This document shows positions 1 to 7,423 of a stretch of 57,823 nt of DNA, one piece after another; positions within the stretch are counted from its first letter, which is position 1, and the number at the start of each line of letters is the position of its first letter. Under the pieces are notes generated by a model. That model was given only the letters and a program-made list of their open reading frames with translations. It searched no databases and was not told where the DNA came from. This stretch comes from Candidatus Nomurabacteria bacterium (GTDB taxonomy: Bacteria; Patescibacteriota; Minisyncoccia; Phycocordibacterales; UBA9973), in contig PMDZ01000004.1 of assembly GCA_003155695.1 (NCBI GenBank), positions 51,257 to 109,079 of the forward strand, read 5' to 3'. The position numbers and the translations under genes were made by a program.

Positions 1-22
1 TTTCGGAACGAGTTTCACTTTG

Positions 23-94
23 TGACCCTACCGGGAATCGAACCCGGATTACCGGCTTGAAAAGCCGATGTCCTAACCGTTAGACGATAAGGCC
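23..94 (-). tRNA. tRNA-Glu (anticodon UUC)
   Basis: Reverse complement folds as a 72-nt cloverleaf. Acceptor GGCCTTA/TAGGGTC (two G-U pairs), D stem GTCT/GGAC, anticodon stem TCGGC/GCCGG with loop TTTTCAA (TTC), 4-nt variable loop, T arm CCGGG-TTCGATT-CCCGG. CCA is not encoded. Confidence 0.85.
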
Positions 95-196
95 GATGTA
101 ATTACTAATTAATAATTACTAATTAACAATTAAGAATCATGAAGTATTATAGACCCAAAATAATTAGTAATCAGTAATTGGTAATTATTAATTATC
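95..196. repeat. AT-rich TAATTA-type palindromic element (copy 1 of 3)
   Basis: Arms GATGTAATTACTAATTAATAATTAC... and ...GGTAATTATTAATTATC are inverted relative to each other. Shares ACAATTAAGAAT and GTAATTAYTAATTAA with the copies at 12783-12900 and 57473-57576. Confidence 0.5.
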
Positions 197-280
197 AATG
201 AGTATAGCATTTTTGATTGAAAAATCAAATTTTTGGGAATAAAGTGCTTAAAATATAAGGATTTTGTTCAGAATTTGAGC

Positions 281-310
281 TTGACAAATAGCCCTTATGT
301 GTGATATAAT
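281..310 (+). promoter_or_regulatory. sigma70-like promoter (TTGACA-18-TATAAT) flanked by an inverted repeat
   Basis: TTGACA at 281-286 and TATAAT at 305-310. Inverted repeat CAAATAGCC (285-293) / GGCTATTTG (323-331) brackets the -10. Confidence 0.5.
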
Positions 311-354
311 ACTAGGGAAATAGGCTATTTGACAAAAACGTTATTAATTATATT

Positions 355-420
355 GATTTGTTTATTTTGGGAGCTAAAATCCCCTGTTTCAATCTCATTG
401 GCCCTTAAAATAAACAAATC
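355..420 (+). promoter_or_regulatory. 5' UTR stem-loop with a 14-bp perfect stem upstream of the SPFH gene
   Basis: GATTTGTTTATTTT (355-368) is the exact reverse complement of AAAATAAACAAATC (407-420). The loop is 38 nt. Confidence 0.4.
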
Positions 421-447
421 TAGTATAAATTAAATAACTAAAAAAAA

Positions 448-1662
448 ATGAAAAAAATAATGCGTTTAATCTTCAACATGCGAAATATGTTGATATTAGT
501 TGTACTTCTCATTACTTACACAGTCTTTTTAAGATCAGGTAAGATTGAGTTGTTGAAATTCTTAGTATTTTGTCTATTTTGTTTGGGAATAATTATCTTC
601 GCGATAGTTTACCTTTTTTGGGCTGATAGAAAGATATTCTTTACCTTCCATAAAAGAAATAGCATTCAAGGAATTGTTAAAGGTAAAGGAGAAGAGTTTA
701 CGGGAAAAATTATTTTTCCTTCTGTTGATCAATATTTAGATGATAAGTCTAATGTTGTTGATTTTACACCTGGCACACATTCAGATGAAATTGATGAACA
801 TGTGCAAAAACCCAACTGGATTGGTATGTATCCAATCAAAGGTTATCCATTTCATACCATTTTCAAATATCACAAAATATGGCAGGAATGGGTTACAACT
901 GAGAAAATTATCGACGGTAAACCCGTTGTAGTGAGAAGTCTCGGACCAATGAGAAATGAAATGACTCCGTATCTGTTTACCAAAAGGCAAGAATATGGCC
1001 TTATGATATTGGAAGCTGAAAACAAAGAAGGTTACCCTTTAGACTTTGAAATTGCGTGGTATTGCAAACCTGTTAATTACAAAAAAGCTATTATTGATGT
1101 CAAAGACAGTTTTGGACAGATGCAAACCCAAATTCAAGGAGCTACAAATCTCTTTGTTAAGACGGAAACATTTTTATCATTAGATGCTCTGGTATTGAAA
1201 GATGGTAGAAACCCACTAGATGTCCTTGGTGAACAGGACAGATATTCCGAATTTATCGTAAGTCTCAACAAACAACTTGTTGGTGAGAAAAATCATAAAG
1301 GAATGGTATCCGAATTAGGCTGGGTAATTATCGGCGCCAAAATCATGAACATGTCATTTTCCAGTACTGCAAGTAAGGAAATCCGCGAGGCTGTAACCAA
1401 GGTTGGAGTGGTAACTCAAAAAAAACTTGCTGATATTATTGATGCCGAAGGGAAAAAACAAGTAGCGATACTTGAAAGTGAGGGTGAATCCAAAGCAATG
1501 GATAATATTACTGAATCAAAACGGAAACGTTTTGAATTATTCAAAGACAACCCAAACGCTATTCAAATAGAGATTGCAGAAAAAACTTTTGAAAAATCCA
1601 AATTAACAACTTATGTTGCTGGAGGTTCAGAAGTAAAACCAGTAATTCCTTTAGACAAATAA
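448..1662 (+). CDS. SPFH/band-7 (stomatin/prohibitin-like) domain membrane protein
   Basis: N-terminal TM helices. C-terminal region ...GWVIIGAKIMNMSF...IIDAEGKKQVAILESEGESKA... resembles the SPFH core plus its AEGE-rich coiled tail. Confidence 0.55.
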   Translation: MKKIMRLIFNMRNMLILVVLLITYTVFLRSGKIELLKFLVFCLFCLGIIIFAIVYLFWADRKIFFTFHKRNSIQGIVKGKGEEFTGKIIFPSVDQYLDDKSNVVDFTPGTHSDEIDEHVQKPNWIGMYPIKGYPFHTIFKYHKIWQEWVTTEKIIDGKPVVVRSLGPMRNEMTPYLFTKRQEYGLMILEAENKEGYPLDFEIAWYCKPVNYKKAIIDVKDSFGQMQTQIQGATNLFVKTETFLSLDALVLKDGRNPLDVLGEQDRYSEFIVSLNKQLVGEKNHKGMVSELGWVIIGAKIMNMSFSSTASKEIREAVTKVGVVTQKKLADIIDAEGKKQVAILESEGESKAMDNITESKRKRFELFKDNPNAIQIEIAEKTFEKSKLTTYVAGGSEVKPVIPLDK

Positions 1663-1664
1663 TT

Positions 1665-2330
1665 ATGAACTGGATATGGTATTTAATTGTGGCAGTAGTA
1701 ACAATTACTATTGTCATATTGCTGATTATCCGAAAACAAAATCAGCAAAAAAAAGCAACTGCGGTTGTTCAAAAAACTCAAAATACGCTAGCAACTGTGA
1801 CCACTCAGCCACTGGTTCAAACACCGCCTGCACATACGCAGGTAACAGTTCAAACCCAGAAATCTTATCGGTTTTGGAATTTTATAAAGATTCTGGTGAC
1901 CTTTGTAATTATTGCAGGTCTTGTAGTGTTACTTGTTTGGGCTATTCCGACAAAGGTTATCCCTTGGTGGCATAATATCACCCGAGATAAACCAAAACCA
2001 CAACTACATTATATTGTAGTTGATAACTGGGTCCCAGATCCAGAAAATACACGAACTGTGTATTTTATCTCTGAATATAAAGAGGTAATCAATTTTACAG
2101 GGGGACAATATGACCTGAGATTATCCTTCAGCAATTCGACAACATCATATTGCGTTAGAGATTTTCTGACAGGAGTTTATAATTGCGGGGAAGCTAATGA
2201 AGACGTAGAGATTCCCAAAAGTCCTACAACAACCATCTGTTTAATGTTTAAAACAAACGATGGACAAAAATGTGGGAAAATCGACGTTATCGCCGAGAAA
2301 AATATAAAAAAATCAATGTTAGTCCAATAA
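1665..2330 (+). CDS. hypothetical membrane protein (two TM segments, Q/T-rich linker, Cys-containing C-terminal domain)
   Basis: ORF starts 2 nt after the SPFH stop, so the two are a likely operon. TM at the N-terminus and around aa 75-95. Confidence 0.5.
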   Translation: MNWIWYLIVAVVTITIVILLIIRKQNQQKKATAVVQKTQNTLATVTTQPLVQTPPAHTQVTVQTQKSYRFWNFIKILVTFVIIAGLVVLLVWAIPTKVIPWWHNITRDKPKPQLHYIVVDNWVPDPENTRTVYFISEYKEVINFTGGQYDLRLSFSNSTTSYCVRDFLTGVYNCGEANEDVEIPKSPTTTICLMFKTNDGQKCGKIDVIAEKNIKKSMLVQ

Positions 2331-2352
2331 ATGGATTAGCATATAAAACAAA

Positions 2353-2394
2353 AAAGGGCTTTAGAGAATGAAATCTCAAGGCCCTTTATTTTTT
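2353..2394 (+). terminator. intrinsic terminator
   Basis: Stem AAAGGGC (2353-2359) / GCCCTTT (2381-2387) followed by a T-run. Confidence 0.6.
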
Positions 2395-2401
2395 GTCTAA
2401 A

Positions 2402-2437
2402 ACCAAAAAGGCAGGAAGCGAAGCTTCCTGCCTTTTA
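2402..2437 (-). terminator. intrinsic terminator (bidirectional shape)
   Basis: 10-bp stem GGCAGGAAGC / GCTTCCTGCC with a GAA loop. A/T runs on both sides. Confidence 0.6.
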
Positions 2438-2461
2438 ATTTGTCTAATTTTGTATTTAAAA

Positions 2462-2788
2462 CTATTTCAAGTCTCCTACTGTATAATTCCCGGTAGTTTT
2501 GTCTACTGTTATTCTGGTTTCTCCCAGTGAGGTCAAAATCATACTCATAATTCCAAAAACTGCAACCATTATGAACATTCCTATTATTCCCCAAAGCATG
2601 CTAGATTTGCTTGATTTACGTATCTCCTCATTGTCCGGAGATAACAAATACCGAGCAAGCCCATAGATGAAGTACACCATCGCTAAAGCAAACAAAAGCT
2701 TGATTAAGGGATTTAGAATCACCTTATCTACGCTTTTCATCAAAGTTACAACGCTTGCTTCAGCTACTGGTATAATTTGGAAAGTCAT
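2462..2788 (-). CDS. small two-helix pilin-like membrane protein (VirB2/TrbC-like module), paralog 5
   Basis: Module LLFALAMVYFIYGLARYLLSPDNEEIRKSSKSSMLWGIIGMFIMVAVFG is shared with the four upstream ORFs. Confidence 0.6.
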   Translation of the reverse strand: MTFQIIPVAEASVVTLMKSVDKVILNPLIKLLFALAMVYFIYGLARYLLSPDNEEIRKSSKSSMLWGIIGMFIMVAVFGIMSMILTSLGETRITVDKTTGNYTVGDLK

Positions 2789-2797
2789 AAAAAGTTA

Positions 2798-3175
2798 TTA
2801 TTGACCTGCACAAGTAACACCTGTTTGAGCATTAGGAATACAAGGAATCTGGCTTACATCCAATTGTTCCCCTGTAACACCAAAGGTATTCGTTACAACC
2901 TTTATAATTCCCCAGAAAGCAATAATAACAAACAAACCGATAAGACCATTGATAATCATACCTCGCGCATTCTTCTTTTTCTCTTCATCTCCTGACACAG
3001 TGTACTGTATAACTCCCCAAATGAAGTAAACAACAGCAAGAGTTATCAAAACAGGGATGAGGATAGCTAATATCTGATTGATAATAGCTACGACACCAAA
3101 CACAGTTTGTGAGGTTCCTGCCGCAAAAGCGAGCGATGGAGCAAGAACAGCACCTAATGAAATAATCTTCTTCAT
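2798..3175 (-). CDS. small two-helix pilin-like membrane protein, paralog 4
   Basis: Signal peptide MKKIISLGAVLAPSLAFAA. Module VVYFIWGVIQYTVSGDEEKKKNARGMIINGLIGLFVIIAFWG. Confidence 0.7.
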   Translation of the reverse strand: MKKIISLGAVLAPSLAFAAGTSQTVFGVVAIINQILAILIPVLITLAVVYFIWGVIQYTVSGDEEKKKNARGMIINGLIGLFVIIAFWGIIKVVTNTFGVTGEQLDVSQIPCIPNAQTGVTCAGQ

Positions 3176-3359
3176 ATAATTTTACTAAACCTTGTCGCGC
3201 AATTGTCTATATGTAGCGCAACGTTAATTTATAATAAACACTTCTTATAATGTTGCCTTTCCAACCGACCAGAGTAGAAAAGACATCTAACTTTTTAACT
3301 TCACTTACCTTATTGTATCACAAAAGAACTAAAAAATTAACAATACCAAATATATATCT

Positions 3360-3731
3360 TTATTTGATTTGCGGTATAGTAACACTCAGTCCGAGAGTTC
3401 CAGTGAGAATACCAACTAGTCCCCACATTGCAACAATAACAAACAAGGCTATTAATCCTCCAATAATAAAATTCTTACCATTTTTACGTTTCTCTTCGTT
3501 ACCTGGATTTAAATAATATTGAATAACCCCCCAAATAAAACCAGCCATAGCCAATGTAACCAAAAACGGAACTAATGCACTATTGAGAACGCACTGCCCC
3601 CAATTTATTATACCCTCAATTCCACCTACAGCAGCATTACCACAAACTGTAACCGCAGCTTCAGCTGGCGAAAACATTAATAACCCTACTAACGCATAAC
3701 TTCCCAACAAAATAATTTTTTTCATAAACAA
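3360..3731 (-). CDS. small two-helix pilin-like membrane protein, paralog 3
   Basis: Signal peptide ending SPAEAA. Module AGFIWGVIQYYLNPGNEEKRKNGKNFIIGGLIALFVIVAMWG. Confidence 0.7.
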   Translation of the reverse strand: MFMKKIILLGSYALVGLLMFSPAEAAVTVCGNAAVGGIEGIINWGQCVLNSALVPFLVTLAMAGFIWGVIQYYLNPGNEEKRKNGKNFIIGGLIALFVIVAMWGLVGILTGTLGLSVTIPQIK

Positions 3732-3752
3732 TATTTTTTAATAATAAACATA

Positions 3753-4169
3753 TTATGTTGAACTTTTAATTTCATCGACCGTTTTTCCAATTGCATCCGC
3801 TATGACAAACGCACCAAGCAATATTGCCGCCCCTATTATAGTATATGTAAGAGCTTTTTTGGCTTTGGTAATCTTCTCCGGGCTACCTTGAGCCTCCACA
3901 AAAAGAAATCCGGTATATATGATGGCCAAAGCCACAATCGGAACTCCAACAACAAGGACTATATTTATGACAATCTTTATAAAATCGGGAATGGTTTGAG
4001 GACCGGTTGTCCCTAAAGGATTGTCTATGGTACTTGTAATGCCCGTGCCAGTGGTACCTGTTCCGGCAAATATTACCGGTACAAACAACATGAAGGCGAA
4101 TACAAATACAAAACTATATTTTAAAATATTTGATAAAATAGTGTATTTTTTTGTTTTGAAAATTTTCAT
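3753..4169 (-). CDS. small two-helix pilin-like membrane protein, paralog 2
   Basis: N-terminal hydrophobic leader and a GT-rich segment. Module ALAIIYTGFLFVEAQGSPEKITKAKKALTYTIIGAAILLGAF. Confidence 0.65.
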   Translation of the reverse strand: MKIFKTKKYTILSNILKYSFVFVFAFMLFVPVIFAGTGTTGTGITSTIDNPLGTTGPQTIPDFIKIVINIVLVVGVPIVALAIIYTGFLFVEAQGSPEKITKAKKALTYTIIGAAILLGAFVIADAIGKTVDEIKSST

Positions 4170-4193
4170 TATAAAAATGTTAATTAATAATAA

Positions 4194-5531
4194 CTAAGAT
4201 AAAAACATCGGACCAATAAAACCAAGACTTACAAGAATAGTCTTTACGACAAGCCAAGCTACCAGAGCGATAATAAAACCGATAAGAGCTCTTATTAAAA
4301 TTTTCTTGGCCTTTGTTTTATTCTCCGCGCTCCCCATATCACTAAGATACAGGAATCCTACATAGACAAGGATAAGAGCAAAGAGCGGGGTGACAAGATA
4401 AACAAGTATGTAATTAATAATCTTATTTATCATCGCAACTAAAGCATCAAAACCGCACGCATTTTTATATTGCTGTGTTGTAGAATCAATTTCCCCACTA
4501 TTACAATCGGGAACTAAACCACTAAATTTGACCTGAGTTGTGGGGGTAGTTGGGGTGGTTGGAGTAGTTGGTGGAGTGGTTGGATTGGTTGTGCCTGTAA
4601 CAGTAAAACCAATACTAGTCGCATCTCCATTATTAAGTGTATGCACAGTAATCGGACCAGTGGTAGCACCAGGTGGCACTCTGACGGTAATCGTTGTCGG
4701 TGAAGGGTTGGTGGCAGTTGGAACATTTCCGGCACCGTTAAAAACAACCCAGCCGACACCAGTTAAATTTGTTCCTGTAATTGTAATTGTATCCCCTACA
4801 GCACCGGTTCCCGGAGAAACATTTGTTATTGTAGGTACCGTAGAATTTGCTAATGTTGAAAAATTAACAGTTCCGACTGAATCACTCGCTCCCGCATATT
4901 CCACAATACCTTCATAATCACCAACAGAACCTAATCCATCAAATGAGGCACTGGCAGTTCCACTCGCACTACTTGTGACAGTATAACTTCTGATATAATA
5001 CGCCGTTAAATCCCCCAAAGAAACCACTTGAAGTACTACGCTCTGGTTGGACGTGAGCCCTGTTGCATTTAAAGTTACCGATGTTGCATTAAGAGATGAA
5101 GTGGTTAGAGCAGGTGTTCCAGTTGTTGAAGTTGCATTTTTTTTGAATGCATATGTTAATGTAACATCATTCAATAAAGGGCCAGCAACATTACACATAG
5201 TATCCGTTAGTTGAAAATTGGAGCAAGCATCGAGCCCTCCAGTCAAAAAACTTCCGGTCGATTCATTGTCTGGGACTAACGTTATACCTATACTTGAAAT
5301 GTTTGTAACCTGCACTGTGCATCCTGCTAGAGTCTGGCAACTGGGATTATTATTAATTTCACTATTAGTACTAATGATAGAGCCAGTACCATTTAGATCA
5401 GCTTTATAGTTAATATGAACAATTTTCAAAGTGTAGGCGAAAGTTAATTTGGGTAGAATAAAAAAGCTTGGAAGGAAAATTAATAGTCCTAAAATAAATG
5501 TAGATATAAATTTAGGTGTTTTGTTAATCAT
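4194..5531 (-). CDS. large surface protein: signal peptide, beta-rich ectodomain with IPT/TIG-like repeat, Pro/Thr linker, C-terminal pilin-like two-helix module
   Basis: IPT/TIG-like PTITNVSPGTGAVGDTITITGTNLTG...GPITV. Linker TTNPTTPPTTPTTPTTPTT. C-terminus LILVYVGFLYLSDMGSAENKTKAKKILIRALIGFIIALVAW matches the small paralogs. Confidence 0.7.
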   Translation of the reverse strand: MINKTPKFISTFILGLLIFLPSFFILPKLTFAYTLKIVHINYKADLNGTGSIISTNSEINNNPSCQTLAGCTVQVTNISSIGITLVPDNESTGSFLTGGLDACSNFQLTDTMCNVAGPLLNDVTLTYAFKKNATSTTGTPALTTSSLNATSVTLNATGLTSNQSVVLQVVSLGDLTAYYIRSYTVTSSASGTASASFDGLGSVGDYEGIVEYAGASDSVGTVNFSTLANSTVPTITNVSPGTGAVGDTITITGTNLTGVGWVVFNGAGNVPTATNPSPTTITVRVPPGATTGPITVHTLNNGDATSIGFTVTGTTNPTTPPTTPTTPTTPTTQVKFSGLVPDCNSGEIDSTTQQYKNACGFDALVAMINKIINYILVYLVTPLFALILVYVGFLYLSDMGSAENKTKAKKILIRALIGFIIALVAWLVVKTILVSLGFIGPMFLS

Positions 5532-5533
5532 AA

Positions 5534-6856
5534 TTATTTTCTTAGGAGAAGAGTAAGTTCATCTTGCGCTTTGTTTATGGCTTCACCTGTCGACAAATTA
5601 TTTGATAATATGTTTTCTATCAATTCTTTAAAGATTGAATCACTTTTTGCACTATTCGGGTCAAGCCAAGACCTGGAGATAAGTGCCGAATTGAAGAATG
5701 TGAATAAATAAGGGTCATTTGGCCTGTTGGCAAGAAGAGCTCGAGAGGCAGGAGGCAGAGAAAGGGCGGTACTGAAATTCTTGGCATCATCTCCTTGATT
5801 TATCGTTTCTGCCACGCCTATTGCCGACGCTATATTCCCGGATTTTTTATTAACCGCGATGGTATATATTTCCCCATATGTTCGCTTTACTGTGGTATCT
5901 TTTATCTGAGGAATTTGTGTTACATCAAAACTTAAATTAGGATTTGCCGCTTCTATTTTAAATAGTTCACTAGCTCTGCCTAGATAAAAGGCGAGCTTCC
6001 CTGCTGTAAACATATCCAGAGAATTAGGAAGAGAACGATTCCAAGAATAAGCCGTATCCGATGGATTTGAAAACTCGACAAAGAATTCAACGACAGCCGA
6101 AGTGGGAGAAATAGCAAGGTTGGATGGATTACTGTTCAGCACAGATATATAACTTTGTTTGGTTTGGTTAACTTGATCAACCTGTCTCTCTATGATGAAG
6201 TTATTATTCTGAAGGAGCAGGGTTGCCAGTATATCTTTGGCATTATTTATATTATCGTATTGACCGAGAGCAATCATACTTCGACTTATGGTCCCTTGAT
6301 TATCTCTTTTGGTTAAAGTGGGGTTGAGAGTAAATAATTCATCCCAACTTTTTGGAGGATAAACTATTCCTTCGTTTGTTATAATATCTTTGTTGTAATA
6401 CAAAACCATCGGGTCAACAACTATCGGAAATCCTAAAACCCCTTCATTATCCAGATAAATATCCGCTCCATCAATGAAAGAATCTTTGAACGTCTTCTCC
6501 GGATAATTTGCATATGGTACTTTGTATATAAAATTATTATTACTTTTTATCATATCCGGAGTTATTATAAATAGGTCAGGACCTGTTCCATTTGCAAACG
6601 CCTCAATTAGATCTTGCTGGTAAGTGGACGGGTCTTTCCCTTCATATCTTACACTTAAATCTTTATTGGCTTTACTTACAACATCAAACGATTTAGATAA
6701 ATCAGTGCTGTGAAAAGTTCCCCAAATAACAACCTTGCCTTGAAGCCCACTTTTTGTACTTGTACCACCTATTTTTATAGCTCCCGAGAATATCAAAACG
6801 GCAAAAACAAAGAAGGCCAAAAAGATTGCGATTAAAATTGTTTGGAAATTACTCAT
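5534..6856 (-). CDS. extracellular solute-binding protein family 1-like protein, membrane anchored (no transporter partner in window)
   Basis: N-terminal TM. Pattern GKVVIWGTF...YEGKDPSTYQQDLIEAFANGTGPDLFIITPDMI is typical of sugar-type ABC substrate-binding proteins. There is a 2-nt gap to the next gene. Confidence 0.55.
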   Translation of the reverse strand: MSNFQTILIAIFLAFFVFAVLIFSGAIKIGGTSTKSGLQGKVVIWGTFHSTDLSKSFDVVSKANKDLSVRYEGKDPSTYQQDLIEAFANGTGPDLFIITPDMIKSNNNFIYKVPYANYPEKTFKDSFIDGADIYLDNEGVLGFPIVVDPMVLYYNKDIITNEGIVYPPKSWDELFTLNPTLTKRDNQGTISRSMIALGQYDNINNAKDILATLLLQNNNFIIERQVDQVNQTKQSYISVLNSNPSNLAISPTSAVVEFFVEFSNPSDTAYSWNRSLPNSLDMFTAGKLAFYLGRASELFKIEAANPNLSFDVTQIPQIKDTTVKRTYGEIYTIAVNKKSGNIASAIGVAETINQGDDAKNFSTALSLPPASRALLANRPNDPYLFTFFNSALISRSWLDPNSAKSDSIFKELIENILSNNLSTGEAINKAQDELTLLLRK

Positions 6857-7376
6857 ATGTAAAAATTATACCATAATGATGGGCGCTAGTGGAAATATTT
6901 TCTATTGTTTTAAAACCTCTTTTTTCAAATAATTCTTTTGCCATATTTTCTGTCACAACATGCTCGGGTATCGGTCCCATTCCTCCAAACGACTCGATCC
7001 AATCTATCAAGAGAACTTTTCCTCCTTTCTTCAGGACACGTTTTGCTTCGTCGATAAGACCAAGCTTATCTTCGGCTTGAAATAAGACATTAGAAATAAT
7101 AACCGCATCCATCGAACGGTCGGCTATTTTGGTTCCTCCACGTCTTTCTATATCGCCCCAAATACATTCAATATTTGAGAATCCCCATTGTTTTATCTCA
7201 CTTTCTAGTTTTTTTACCAAGTCTTTCTGAACTTCGATGGCATAAACTTTTCCTGAGTATCCAACTTTTGGACTGCAAGCTTTGGAGTAAAAACCTGTCC
7301 CTGCCCCAAAATCCGCTACACGCATACCTTCCGTTAATCCTAAGTGTAAAATATTTTGTTCCGGGTTAGTAAACAT
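6849..7376 (-). CDS. class I SAM-dependent methyltransferase
   Basis: Motif I VADFGAGTGFYS and post-I/II pattern VYAIEV...DAVIISNVL. Overlaps the downstream ORF by 8 nt. Confidence 0.8.
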   Translation of the reverse strand: MFTNPEQNILHLGLTEGMRVADFGAGTGFYSKACSPKVGYSGKVYAIEVQKDLVKKLESEIKQWGFSNIECIWGDIERRGGTKIADRSMDAVIISNVLFQAEDKLGLIDEAKRVLKKGGKVLLIDWIESFGGMGPIPEHVVTENMAKELFEKRGFKTIENISTSAHHYGIIFTYE

Positions 7377-7423
7377 ATGTATATATTATATCATAACTAA
7401 AACAAAAAAACTCAAAATAAACA

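Noticed and set aside
95-196. CRISPR array (repetitive AT-rich motifs here, at 12.8 kb and at 57.5 kb)
   Set aside because: The repeats are inverted/palindromic, not regularly spaced direct repeats with unique spacers. No cas genes are present.
4514-4917. ORFs 4540-4917 (+) and 4514-4759 (-) inside the adhesin gene
   Set aside because: They lie within or antisense to the Pro/Thr/Gly low-complexity region of the 445-aa ORF. Their translations (VGVVGVVGG..., LLQPPQLPPQL) are repeat artefacts.
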